Below are positions 10,031 to 19,677 of a DNA stretch of 64,000 nt, piece after piece; the first letter of the stretch is position 1, and every line of letters starts with the position of its first letter. Source of the stretch: an uncultured Gemmatimonadaceae bacterium. Its GTDB lineage: Bacteria; Gemmatimonadota; Gemmatimonadetes; Gemmatimonadales; Gemmatimonadaceae. Made by a program: the position numbers and the translations under genes. The stretch is taken from NCBI GenBank assembly GCA_963781585.1, contig CAWAGQ010000010.1, positions 224,001 through 288,000 on the forward strand, written 5' to 3'. The notes under the pieces are model-generated. The model made no database searches. It was not told where the DNA came from and saw only the letters and a program-made list of their open reading frames with translations.

Positions 10031-10958
10031 GTCGCGCGTCGAGCCTCCGGGCGATCCTGCGAGCGCCCCGGCGCATCGTCCATCCCGACGCCAGCTCGGT
10101 GAACAGCTCGTCGCGATTCCAACGCATCAGGCGCAGAACGTACCGGTAAAGGCGGAGCCGGTCAGCTCCGCCGAGTGGGGCGCGCCGGATCGCGGAAAAG
10201 AAAGCCGCGTAGCGTCTCCAGAGATGGAGGACGATCTGCAGTTTTCTCTGCGGGTCGGTGAACTCCAGCTGATGCGCGACGGCTTCGCGGCTCGGTCCCT
10301 TCTTCCAGCTCGACGCCTCCGGATGGAATCTTCGGAAGAAGAGACGCTCGGGATACTCGTAGTACTTCCCGTAGAGGGTCAGCTCGGCCAGGAGGTTCAG
10401 ATCGCAGGAAATGTGGTCGCCCAGCAACGCCGTGCGCGCCAGCGCGTCCCGACGGATGAGGCCCAGGTGTTGGTGGCACAGCCCGATGCGCTCAAGCAGC
10501 GCGACGAACCGATCCGCAGGATTCTCCTGCATCAGGTGGAGACGGTCCTCGTAGGGCTCGACCTCGTTGCCGCGGGCATCCACGATCATCGTCTTGGGAT
10601 AACACAGCACGATGCCCGGATCGTCCTCCATCACCGCAAAGGTCTTCTCCAGCATCGTCGGCGCCCAGACGTCGTCGGACGTACTCCACTTCAGATACTT
10701 GCCGCGAGAAAGCTCAAAGACCCGGTTGAAGTTGCGGTTGGCGCCCAAGTTCTCGGGGTTGCGAAAGTACCGGATGCGTGGATCTCGCGCCGCGTACTCA
10801 CGGCAGATCGCATCCGTGTCGTCTGTCGACGCGTTGTCACAGATTACGAGTTCGAAGTCGCCGAACGACTGCGCGAGCAGCGAATCGAGCGAATGCCGGA
10901 TGTACTTCGCACGGTTGTAAACGGGAAGGCCGACGGTGATCGGGACTTCGGCCGACAT
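10017..10958 (-). CDS. Glycosyltransferase family 2
   Basis: VGLPVYN, DNASTD, SDD motifs. Confidence 0.9.
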   Translation of the reverse strand: MSAEVPITVGLPVYNRAKYIRHSLDSLLAQSFGDFELVICDNASTDDTDAICREYAARDPRIRYFRNPENLGANRNFNRVFELSRGKYLKWSTSDDVWAPTMLEKTFAVMEDDPGIVLCYPKTMIVDARGNEVEPYEDRLHLMQENPADRFVALLERIGLCHQHLGLIRRDALARTALLGDHISCDLNLLAELTLYGKYYEYPERLFFRRFHPEASSWKKGPSREAVAHQLEFTDPQRKLQIVLHLWRRYAAFFSAIRRAPLGGADRLRLYRYVLRLMRWNRDELFTELASGWTMRRGARRIARRLDARRELL

Positions 10959-11186
10959 GGGGACTCCAGGGGGCAATCACAGTTGTAGCGTCGGTCCCTG
11001 TATCGAGGCGGACGCGATGAGAACGTCGACGATGCAGGATCAGAGTCCGGGTTGCGTGACCGAACGCGCTCCGGGGGCGCCCGCCATCCTGCCCGCATTG
11101 CGGCATCCAGATGAACGAGCAAGACCCGCGCCACCGGCGCTGGAACGGTGCGAAATACAAGGGATGTGGGGCGATACGGCCCCGGG

Positions 11187-12740
11187 CTATCCCAGGGGAG
11201 CTCCCGCGTCGGCGGGAACTACGGCCTCCGGCGGGCCCTCGTGGCCCGAGCTGCCATGTCGCAGCTGGCGAAGGAGTTCCACGATTCGATCGACCCGCTT
11301 GCGATGCAGGAGCGCCAGCGCCGCCGTGTAGGTAACGGCACCTGTGGCTACCAATAGCGCGACCGTGCCCAAGCCGGGCGACGATGCCACGATAGTTCGT
11401 CTCACGAACCACACGACAGCGGCCATGATGAGAGAAGCGCTTGTCGCCGGCCAGAGTGACCGCAAGTACTCCCCGGCTGACAGGTCGATCTGCCGCAGCG
11501 CCCGCCAGAGTATCACGGCGACGTAGAACGGATGTACGATCATCCACGCGAGGGCGACACCGACGAGTCCCCAGCGGGTGGCAATCAGGAACGCGAGGGG
11601 AAGAACCACCGCCGTCACGACCCCGACGTACATCGAGAATCGCGTCGCGCGGGTGACCACCAGCACTTGCGACGGGAGCGGACTGATGGACCGAACGGCA
11701 GCATAGACGGCCAGCAATTGAAGCGGGGCCACCGCCGCCCCCCACTTGGCGCCTAACGCCACCGGAACGAGGACGGGCGCGACAAGCGCCAGCCCGAGCG
11801 TGGACGGGAAGGTGACGAGCGCGAGCCCCTCGGTCAGTCGCAGGAGGTAGGTCCGCAGGCCGCGCGGGTCATCCTGCGTGGCCGACAGGAAGGCAGGTGT
11901 CACCGATCCGACCAGGCTCGCGATCTTTTCTCCCGGGATGTTGGCGAGGGTCCACGCAACCTGATAGACACCGAGTGTCGCCTGGCCAAGGACCCGGCCA
12001 ACCACCGTGAAGTCGGCGTTCGAGTACGCGAACCACGAGAGCCGCCCCACCACCAGTTGCTTGCTGAACGTGATGACGTGTCCCAGGCCGCGGCGCGGCA
12101 GGCGAACCGGCGTCGGTCGGCGCATGACGACCAGCGATGTGGAGATGAGGCTGCCGAGCAGCCCCGTGAACACAAGCGCCCAGTATCGAAAGCCCGCGAG
12201 CGCGAGGAGAACGGATGCGACAGCCGAGGCGATGGCCTGCGTCCCGTCGATCAGCGCGAGCAGACGAAAACGGAATTCCTTTTGAAGCCGGGCGTACGGT
12301 ACCGTCTTGAATGCGGTAATACCGAAGCCCGCGCTGAGTACGATGATGACCAGGGGCAATTCCCGGGATCCGAAAAAATGGCCGAGTGGCACCGCAAGCA
12401 GCACCGAGATGGCAATGGCGGTGAATCCCAGGATCACCGCCATCCCGTTCAGCTGGGCGATCTGGTCGTCCGTCAGCTCCCGTAGCGCGACGACGGAGGA
12501 CCCTATGCCGAACTCGCTGAGCAAGGTGATCAGACCGAGCAGAATCGCCGCCATTCCGACGACTCCGTAGTCGGAGGGGGACAGGATCCGCGCCACGACC
12601 AGCGTCGCGACCCAGGTGGTCGCCTGGGTGACCCATTTTACTCCGCCGACCCATGCGATCCCGTGCACCAGCCGACCTGCCTCGATGCGTCGAAGGTCGC
12701 GCTGTTCGTCGGGAGGGCGACGTCCAGCAGACGACGGCAT
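11187..12740 (-). CDS. Wzx-type polysaccharide flippase
   Basis: ARILSPSDYG, multiple TMs, ADFTVVGRVLG; start approximate. Confidence 0.85.
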   Translation of the reverse strand: MPSSAGRRPPDEQRDLRRIEAGRLVHGIAWVGGVKWVTQATTWVATLVVARILSPSDYGVVGMAAILLGLITLLSEFGIGSSVVALRELTDDQIAQLNGMAVILGFTAIAISVLLAVPLGHFFGSRELPLVIIVLSAGFGITAFKTVPYARLQKEFRFRLLALIDGTQAIASAVASVLLALAGFRYWALVFTGLLGSLISTSLVVMRRPTPVRLPRRGLGHVITFSKQLVVGRLSWFAYSNADFTVVGRVLGQATLGVYQVAWTLANIPGEKIASLVGSVTPAFLSATQDDPRGLRTYLLRLTEGLALVTFPSTLGLALVAPVLVPVALGAKWGAAVAPLQLLAVYAAVRSISPLPSQVLVVTRATRFSMYVGVVTAVVLPLAFLIATRWGLVGVALAWMIVHPFYVAVILWRALRQIDLSAGEYLRSLWPATSASLIMAAVVWFVRRTIVASSPGLGTVALLVATGAVTYTAALALLHRKRVDRIVELLRQLRHGSSGHEGPPEAVVPADAGAPLG

Positions 12741-12861
12741 GTCCCTCACGTTCCCCCGTTCATAGGCGGCGAGGTCCTCTCCGGAACCCTCATCCGCGGC
12801 GCCACACGCAACACCCGGCACGCCTTCGGCGGCGCCCCGGGCGGCAATCTCCGGCGCCGCT

Positions 12862-15800
12862 TCAGGGTCTTATAGCAAGGGTCACGCCAGCCTGCTTCAG
12901 CACCGCGTTGAACGCCGGCGTTTCGTGCTCGACGACCTGCTTGAACTCCGCCTGAATCTCGGCGAGCTGCTGCTTGAACTCGGCGTTCACGCCTACCTGC
13001 TGAGCCGTAGGGCCGAGGTCCCCGCCGCCGCTGCCGCTCCCGGGCGTGCCGACCATCGGCCCGATCATCCAGCTGAGCCGCTCGTACAGCTGAACCGGAT
13101 TACGGAACGCGTCTTCGCTCGGCCCGGTGTTGTGGACGTCGATCAGCCTCCCCTCGATGCCGCTGAGTCGGATGTCGAAGTCCCTGGAGGCCTTGATCGC
13201 CGTCGCGTTCTTTTGTGAGTCCGCGGCGAGCGACGCTTCCAGGTCCTCGACCTGCCGGCGGATCAGCTCCAGATGGTTGATCATGTCCGCGGCCTCATTG
13301 GCTTCGGCCTGCGCGTCGCGCGCAAACGCTACCTGGGCGCGGATGCTCTGTTCGGTTCCGGGCGAATGGGGATCGGCCAGCACCGTCAGCGGCGCCGTCT
13401 CTTCGTGCGTTCCGGCTTTGACCCGCACCGTGTAGCTCCCCGGCGGCACGATCGGTCCCGCAGGGGGAATGCGCGTGCCGTACGCAGCGTAGTTACGATG
13501 CGGCTCCGCCCACGGTGCATCGAGCGGCGGAGTCTGCATCTGGATCGACAGACCCGGCTCATATCGCAAATCCCACCAGATCCGATTCAGTCCGGCTTGT
13601 CCGTTCACTCTCACGGTGCGGATGGTACCGTCGGCGCCACTGAACGTGAGCTCTACGTCGCTCGCGGGGGCCTTGAGCCAGAAGTTGATGTCCGCACCGT
13701 ACGGCGGATTCTCTCCGCTCACGTGCCCGCCGACATCGGACTCGCGGGCATTGGCCGTCTGCCGGAAGCGGTACGCAGGCCGCGGCTTGAAGAGATGAAA
13801 ATCCTGCGCCTGCGCCGCGTCCCATTCGCGGAGCGGCGTGACGTCGTCCATGATGTACACACCGCGCCCGTGCGTGCCGATCACGAGATCGTTGAACGTC
13901 GGCTGCACCTGCATCCAATAGATGGGCGCCGGCGGGAGGTCGTTGCGCAGGCGTGTCCAATTGGCGCCGTCGTCCAGCGTGAAGTACAGCGCGTTGTCGG
14001 TGCCGAGGTACAGCATGCCCTTGCGCACCGGATCCTCGACGATGATGTGCGCGCTCGAGTTCACGCTCTTCGGTACGCCTGCCGAGATGAACTTCCAGCT
14101 CGTCCCGAAATCGGTCGTCTTGTACACGAGCGCGTCGTAGTCCGCCTGATGCTGCAGATTGACGGCAACGTAGGCGGTGGCGGCATCGAAGCGCGACGGC
14201 GCGACGCTCCACACGGTGCCCCACGGCGGGAGGTCGGGAATGTTCTTCGTGACGTTGGTCCAGTGCACGCCACCGTCCCGCGTGACGCTCACCTGTCCGT
14301 CGTCGCTCCCCGTCCAGATGACCCCGGCCTTCGCCGGTGACTCGGCGATCGCGTACAGCGTGGCGCCGTCGTAGGTGGTGAGATTGTCGGACGTGATGCC
14401 GCCGGAATTCTGCTGATGCTCCTTGTTGTTCGCCGTGAGGTCGGGACTTATCACGGTCCATGATTGGCCGCCGTTGACGGTCATGAAGACGACCTGCGCC
14501 CCGACGTATACGCGATTGTGATCCTGCGGGGAAATGGCGATGGGCGTGATCCAGTCCCAGCGATATTTCATGTTCGCCGGCGCCCAGCCGTAACTCGTTA
14601 TGGGCCACGCGGACACGTCGCGCGCCATCTGCGTCCGGTAGTCCATGCGATACACGCGACCGTTGTCACATCCCGACCAGACAATGTTGGCGTCGACCGG
14701 ATCGGGCACTCCGAACGCGTCCTCGCATCCACCCATGCCCTCCCAATAACTCAGCGACATGCCGCCGCGCCCGCCGGCGAGATTGCGGCTCGGTCCATGG
14801 AACGACGACTTGTCCTGGATGTTGCCCATGACGTTGTAAGGAATCTCGTTGTCCGCGAAGACGTGATAGACCTGGGAAATGGGCAGCATGAACCGCTGAT
14901 AGGACGCGCCGCGGTTGTTGCTGATGCTCACGCCCGCGTCGTTCGCCACGAGCACGCGATTCGCGTTGGTCGGATCGATCCACACGTCGTGATTGTCGCC
15001 GCCTGCTGACTGGAGGCCGGCTCCAGGTGACGGCGCGCCCCCCCGGCCCCCGGCGCGCCCGCCAGCCGCGCCTCCCCGGCCGCGGCCGCCACCGCGTCCG
15101 GGTTGAAAGACCGTGGTGCCGCCGTCGCTCGACATGCTGAACGACACCGACGGGAAGTAGAGCAGGTCCGGATCGTCGGGCGAGATGGTGAACCGCGTGT
15201 AGTACGGTGAGCGCTCGGCCGTCACGTGCGACTGATTGACCAGCTGCCAGTTCGCGCCGCGGTCATCGGAACGATAGAGGCCGGGTCGCTCGTCCTGCAC
15301 GAGCGCGTACACTCTGTTCGGATTGCTCGGTGCGATGCCCACGGCGGTCTTGCCGAGCGGGTAGTCCGCGGCCGGCAAGCCATGTCCTGAGATCTTGCTC
15401 CAGGTGGCGCCAGCGTCGCGGCTCACATATACGCCACTGCCCGGACCGCCGCTATTCAGATTCCAGCGATGCACCTCCACCTGCCACATGCCGGCGAAGA
15501 GCGTTCTGGAATCGCTCGGGTCCAGCGCCAGGTCGGAGCAGCCTGTGTCGTCGTTGACGTAGAGCGCCTGCTGCCAGGTGGCGCCACCGTCGCTGGTGCG
15601 AAAGACGCCGCGCTCGCGCTGGGAGCGAAACGTTTCACCGATGGCACAGACGTACACGATATCGGCGTTGCGCGGGTCGACGACGATGCGCGAGATCTTT
15701 CCCGTCTTGTCGAGACCCATGTGCCGCCAGGTGCGGCCGGCATCGGTCGACTTGTAGACGCCGTCACCCATGGTGTAGTACGGACGGATCATCCAGGGCT

Positions 15801-16164
15801 CTCCCGTTCCCGCCCAGATCACGTCGTGCGCCGAAGGCGCGATCGCGAGCGCTCCCACCGCGGAAACGTCTTCGCCGTCGAAGATTGGAGCCCAGTTCGT
15901 TCCGCCGTCGGCCGTCTTCCAGATGCCTCCGTTCGCGGCGCCGATGTAGACGACGGCGGGATTGCCGGGTTCGCCGACGATCGAAGCGACGCGGTTGCCC
16001 TCGGGGCCGAGCGCGCGAAAGTGCAGCGCCGCGAGCGGGCCAGCGGCCCCAGCGTTGCCGCGTCCGCCCCCACCACGCTGCGCCGAGACAGCGAACGGCG
16101 CGAGAGAAAGGAGCGAGGCGGCCGTGGCAAGCGCGGCGACGTTGGCGGCGCGGGCGGGGTTCAT
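12862..16164 (-). CDS. Secreted VPS10/BNR (Asp-box) beta-propeller glycosyl-hydrolase-like protein
   Basis: Repeated S/T-x-D-G-G-x-T-W Asp boxes; signal peptide; C-terminal helical region. Confidence 0.85.
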   Translation of the reverse strand: MNPARAANVAALATAASLLSLAPFAVSAQRGGGGRGNAGAAGPLAALHFRALGPEGNRVASIVGEPGNPAVVYIGAANGGIWKTADGGTNWAPIFDGEDVSAVGALAIAPSAHDVIWAGTGEPWMIRPYYTMGDGVYKSTDAGRTWRHMGLDKTGKISRIVVDPRNADIVYVCAIGETFRSQRERGVFRTSDGGATWQQALYVNDDTGCSDLALDPSDSRTLFAGMWQVEVHRWNLNSGGPGSGVYVSRDAGATWSKISGHGLPAADYPLGKTAVGIAPSNPNRVYALVQDERPGLYRSDDRGANWQLVNQSHVTAERSPYYTRFTISPDDPDLLYFPSVSFSMSSDGGTTVFQPGRGGGRGRGGAAGGRAGGRGGAPSPGAGLQSAGGDNHDVWIDPTNANRVLVANDAGVSISNNRGASYQRFMLPISQVYHVFADNEIPYNVMGNIQDKSSFHGPSRNLAGGRGGMSLSYWEGMGGCEDAFGVPDPVDANIVWSGCDNGRVYRMDYRTQMARDVSAWPITSYGWAPANMKYRWDWITPIAISPQDHNRVYVGAQVVFMTVNGGQSWTVISPDLTANNKEHQQNSGGITSDNLTTYDGATLYAIAESPAKAGVIWTGSDDGQVSVTRDGGVHWTNVTKNIPDLPPWGTVWSVAPSRFDAATAYVAVNLQHQADYDALVYKTTDFGTSWKFISAGVPKSVNSSAHIIVEDPVRKGMLYLGTDNALYFTLDDGANWTRLRNDLPPAPIYWMQVQPTFNDLVIGTHGRGVYIMDDVTPLREWDAAQAQDFHLFKPRPAYRFRQTANARESDVGGHVSGENPPYGADINFWLKAPASDVELTFSGADGTIRTVRVNGQAGLNRIWWDLRYEPGLSIQMQTPPLDAPWAEPHRNYAAYGTRIPPAGPIVPPGSYTVRVKAGTHEETAPLTVLADPHSPGTEQSIRAQVAFARDAQAEANEAADMINHLELIRRQVEDLEASLAADSQKNATAIKASRDFDIRLSGIEGRLIDVHNTGPSEDAFRNPVQLYERLSWMIGPMVGTPGSGSGGGDLGPTAQQVGVNAEFKQQLAEIQAEFKQVVEHETPAFNAVLKQAGVTLAIRP

Positions 16165-16315
16165 CAGGTACTCCTCCGACAGAGCGATGCACCATCGCGG
16201 TTCTGGAACTTCATCGGCGAATCGGTCATGACGATTCCGGCGCGCGCGGTGCGCGCGTCCGGTTGTCGCAGATCATGTCGCCCGTCGCGCCGCCATGCAA
16301 GCGCGCGCGAAGCCG

Positions 16316-17077
16316 CTATCGTTTTGCGCTCGCTCGCCCCGCGGCCGGTGCGAGCCGCTTCGCCAGCCGCCCTTCGACCGCGCACCCCTGCGCCGGGTCG
16401 CCTTCGCGCACGAGCTCCGCACGAAAGGGGTAGCGTGCGCCGGACATGCTGTCGGTGCAGCGCACCTCGGTGAGGTGCAGGACCAGGAACTCCTCCCGCC
16501 CGTTCTCGGTCCGCGAGCCCTCGTAGGCCCAGTCGCCAGACGAGAGGTGCCTCCAGGCGCCGTGCGTGAAGAGATATCCGCCCAGTGCCAGCGGCACCCG
16601 CATGCGGGCCGAATCCCCGAGCACCTCCAGCGTCCAGAAGGGCTCGTTGCCATGTGCTTCGAGGACGAACGGTCGCGGCAGGCCAGCACACCCCGGACCC
16701 TCCGGCGCCGCATAACGAATATCAACGAGGCGCCCGCCGTCCAACCGCACCATCGCCTGGACGCCGGTCGAGCCGTCGTGCAATTCGGTCACCACGGCGG
16801 CGCCGTCACCGTCAGGCGTGTCCACGAGTGGAACGCGCTGGTCGGGCGCGTCACACGGGATGAACGTCAGTGCTCCGTCCGCCAGTAGCAGGTGGCCTGC
16901 CGCCGAGGACGGCACCTCGAGCGTGGTGCGGGGCAGTGCGCTGTCGGCGACGGCTTCGGGCTTCCCCGCGGTATCCTGGCCGTCGGCCGCCGCTCGTGGC
17001 TCGCCCGCGGAACATCCGAGCAACGCGACGATGATTGCCAGCGCGCCTGCGCATCTGCCGTGACCGTACGACGTCAC
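16316..17077 (-). CDS. Lipoprotein with COG3650-like domain
   Basis: Lipobox LLGC; GNEPFWTL and CTDSMSG motifs; GTG start after GGAGG. Confidence 0.7.
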   Translation of the reverse strand: MTSYGHGRCAGALAIIVALLGCSAGEPRAAADGQDTAGKPEAVADSALPRTTLEVPSSAAGHLLLADGALTFIPCDAPDQRVPLVDTPDGDGAAVVTELHDGSTGVQAMVRLDGGRLVDIRYAAPEGPGCAGLPRPFVLEAHGNEPFWTLEVLGDSARMRVPLALGGYLFTHGAWRHLSSGDWAYEGSRTENGREEFLVLHLTEVRCTDSMSGARYPFRAELVREGDPAQGCAVEGRLAKRLAPAAGRASAKR

Positions 17078-17182
17078 CAAACCTCCGGCGTTCAGCTGGT
17101 CGGTATCAGCCGTCCCGCACGAGTTGTAGTGGCATCCGCACCCTCGATTGTCTAACAGGAAACGGACCCCTCGCCAATACCC

Positions 17183-17611
17183 ATGCGCCTCACCCGCTTG
17201 TCCCTGCTGACGGCACTGTTCGTGATGGCCTGCCGCGACAGCAACGCACCAGGTTCCCTGGGCACGGTCTACGTGCTTCAGTCGATAGCCGGCCAACCGC
17301 TCCCCGCGGCGTACGCCGAAAACCTGCAGCTCCCCGATCGCATGTTCGCCGACACCCTCGTGCTGCGCGATGACGGAACCGGGGAGTCGCGCACCGTAAT
17401 CGAGGAGTCCCTCGGTGGTTCGAAGGACCACCAGATCCAGCAACTAACCTACAGCGGCACGAACCACATCGAGATCACGTTCACGTGCCCGCCCGCCGCA
17501 CTCTGCATCGCGGGGCCGCACCTGGCCGGGGACGTCGGTGCCGGCGGGATCGTTTTCTCGGTCTCGAAGGTCACTCGGGCGCCGCTTGTGTTCGAGCGCG
17601 CCGCGCCCTGA
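17183..17611 (+). CDS. Hypothetical lipoprotein
   Basis: Lipobox VMAC; YVLQSIAGQPLP motif. Confidence 0.7.
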   Translation: MRLTRLSLLTALFVMACRDSNAPGSLGTVYVLQSIAGQPLPAAYAENLQLPDRMFADTLVLRDDGTGESRTVIEESLGGSKDHQIQQLTYSGTNHIEITFTCPPAALCIAGPHLAGDVGAGGIVFSVSKVTRAPLVFERAAP

Positions 17612-17638
17612 GTTGCGAGAAATGCGGCGGCCTGCCAC

Positions 17639-17842
17639 TCAGTCCTGCAACACGAACGTGACCTTCAGCAGGACCCGGTACTCGGTGATCCGGCCCTTTT
17701 CGATCACCACCTGCTGGCTCTTGATCCACGCGCCGCTGACGTTCCGGAGCGTCTTCTCGGCGCGCGTGATGCCCTGCTGAATCGCGTCCTCGAAGCTCTT
17801 GGCGGAACCGGCCTGGATCTCAGTCATCTTGGCAACTGCCAT
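17639..17842 (-). CDS. Dodecin family protein
   Basis: 67 aa; SFEDAIQQGITRAEKTLRNV...EYRVLLKVTFVL. Confidence 0.9.
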   Translation of the reverse strand: MAVAKMTEIQAGSAKSFEDAIQQGITRAEKTLRNVSGAWIKSQQVVIEKGRITEYRVLLKVTFVLQD

Positions 17843-17974
17843 GTGTCGCTCCGTGATGAGGTGAGTCCCTGCAAGATACCGGGCGACGAGCGCGGGCGAG
17901 AAGGGATGGCAACACGCGCCTTCCTGATCGGCTCGGTGTCTCTCGGGTGCATATGCGGACGAGCGTTGACCGAA

Positions 17975-18448
17975 TTACTGCTTCTCGTACGCCCGCCTCA
18001 GTCCGGCGACATCGATCTTGTCCATCTGCAGCATTGCCTGCATGACCCGGCCGGCCCTGGCCGGGTCCTTGTCGCCCATCAATTCGCCTAACGCGCGCGG
18101 GATGATCTGCCACGACAACCCGAACTTGTCCTCGAGCCATCCGCAGCGTCCAGGTTTGCCGCCCGCCGAGAGCTTCGCCCAGAGGTCGTCGACCTCCTCC
18201 TGCGTCTCACAGCTCACGTACAGCGAGACGGCCGGCGTGAACTTGTAGACCGGACCGCCGTTCAGCGCCATGAACTCCTGGCCCTCGAGCGTGAAGGTGG
18301 CGACCATCACCGAGCCCTTCGGCCCCGGCCCGGCGTCTCCGTAGCGACTCACCCGGCCCACCTGCGAGTTCCTGAAGATGGACGTGTAGAAGTTCATGGC
18401 GTCTTCCGCCTGATTGTCGAACCACAGGAACGTCGTGATCTTCTGCAT
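17975..18448 (-). CDS. VOC family protein (PhnB / 3-demethylubiquinone-9 3-methyltransferase-like)
   Basis: QKITTFLWFD, ALNGGP, CGWLEDKFGLSWQI. Confidence 0.9.
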   Translation of the reverse strand: MQKITTFLWFDNQAEDAMNFYTSIFRNSQVGRVSRYGDAGPGPKGSVMVATFTLEGQEFMALNGGPVYKFTPAVSLYVSCETQEEVDDLWAKLSAGGKPGRCGWLEDKFGLSWQIIPRALGELMGDKDPARAGRVMQAMLQMDKIDVAGLRRAYEKQ

Positions 18449-18462
18449 GGCGGTCTCCTCGA

Positions 18463-18960
18463 TCAGTGTGCAACAGGCTGCGCGGGCACCACGGTCACCA
18501 GGTATTCGGCCAGCCTGTCGTACGACTCGGCGGCGCCATGCTCCATGCCGGACTTGATCACCGCGTCACGCACCTCCTGCGACGGGTAGAGCACGGTGAC
18601 AGTGACCGTCGTCCTGCCGGCCTGCTCGACGAATCGCGTGGTGACCTGTGATTCGCCCGGATAGTCGTCGAAGGACTCCATGTACACGATGCGGTCCGGG
18701 CGCACGAGCTCACGGCAGGCGCCCCGCATGCCCATCTCGCTGCCGTCGGGCCCGCGCAGCACGAAACGCCACGACCCACCGCTCCTGAATTCGCCCTCGC
18801 AGACCGCGAGGGACCAACCTCGCGGCCCGAACCAGCGTTTGAGCAGATCACATCTGGTGAACGCGTCGAAGACCATCGCACGCGGCGCGTCGAAGACGCG
18901 CGTCATCATCACTTCCCGATCCGAAGGGGTCGTTACCGTCAGGGTGCCCGTGTTCTTCAT
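18463..18960 (-). CDS. SRPBCC (AHSA1-like) domain protein
   Basis: TRVFDAPRAMVFDAFT...WFGP; SGMEHGAAESYDRL. Confidence 0.9.
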   Translation of the reverse strand: MKNTGTLTVTTPSDREVMMTRVFDAPRAMVFDAFTRCDLLKRWFGPRGWSLAVCEGEFRSGGSWRFVLRGPDGSEMGMRGACRELVRPDRIVYMESFDDYPGESQVTTRFVEQAGRTTVTVTVLYPSQEVRDAVIKSGMEHGAAESYDRLAEYLVTVVPAQPVAH

Positions 18961-18974
18961 CGTCGTCTCCTCCC

Positions 18975-19349
18975 TCACCTGGTTCGTTTGCGTGCGGTGG
19001 TGCGTCTCCTTCCGCCTGCTCGTGGCGGCGCCTTCATCTCGTCAAGCAGTGCGTCGAGCCGCTGGAAGCTGCCCTCCCAGAACCGCCGGTAGTCCACCAG
19101 CCAGGCGGTCGCCGCGGCGAGGGGCTTTGCCTCGAGGCGAACGGGACGGCGCTGGGCATCGCGACCGCGCGAGACCAGTCCGGCGCGCTCCAGCACCTTG
19201 AGGTGCTTGGAGATCGCGGGCTGAGTGATCGCGAACGGCCGGGCGAGCTCGGTGACGGATACGGCGCCCGATGCCAGGCGGGCGAGGATCGCGCGCCGCG
19301 TGGGATCGGCGAGTGCGGCAAAGGTGGTGTCGAGGACGGCCGACGTCAT
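18975..19349 (-). CDS. ArsR/SmtB family transcriptional regulator
   Basis: FAALADPTRRAILARL...SKHLKVLERAGLV. Confidence 0.9.
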   Translation of the reverse strand: MTSAVLDTTFAALADPTRRAILARLASGAVSVTELARPFAITQPAISKHLKVLERAGLVSRGRDAQRRPVRLEAKPLAAATAWLVDYRRFWEGSFQRLDALLDEMKAPPRAGGRRRTTARKRTR

Positions 19350-19355
19350 GTGTGG

Positions 19356-19414
19356 ATAACCCCTTGGTTCGATAACCGTGCGGTTATATATAAAGCGCCG
19401 CCCGCCTGCGTCAA
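19356..19414 (-). promoter_or_regulatory. Promoter and tandem operator of the ArsR-SRPBCC-VOC operon
   Basis: Perfect ATAACC-N4-GGTTAT at 19372-19387, imperfect copy at 19356-19371; minus-strand TTGACG (19414-19409) and AT-rich -10 (about 19392-19385). Confidence 0.7.
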
Positions 19415-19677
19415 GGGCATCTTCGCCCGGACGCCTGGCGGACTGCGCCGCGCGGTGGGCGCGCCGGACCCCCGGCCTGGTGGGGGGCGATCGCGTGGGT
19501 GACGGCGCCGAAGAGTCCGTCTGCGCCGCCACCGGTGCGAGCCGGTGATGCGGAGGGTCGGCGTCACCGCCTGTGGTGCCGGCGATGTCGGTTGCCCGGC
19601 ACAGCCGTTAGGCACTAGTGTGACGGAGCGCCATGCGCGGCCCAACACCGTGTCGGCGTGGCCACATGGAGGACCCG

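Noticed and set aside
15010..15110. Gly/Arg-rich RGG inserts in the VPS10 protein (also in the ankyrin and amidohydrolase proteins)
   Set aside because: Low-complexity linkers recurring in several unrelated secreted proteins; no specific function can be supported
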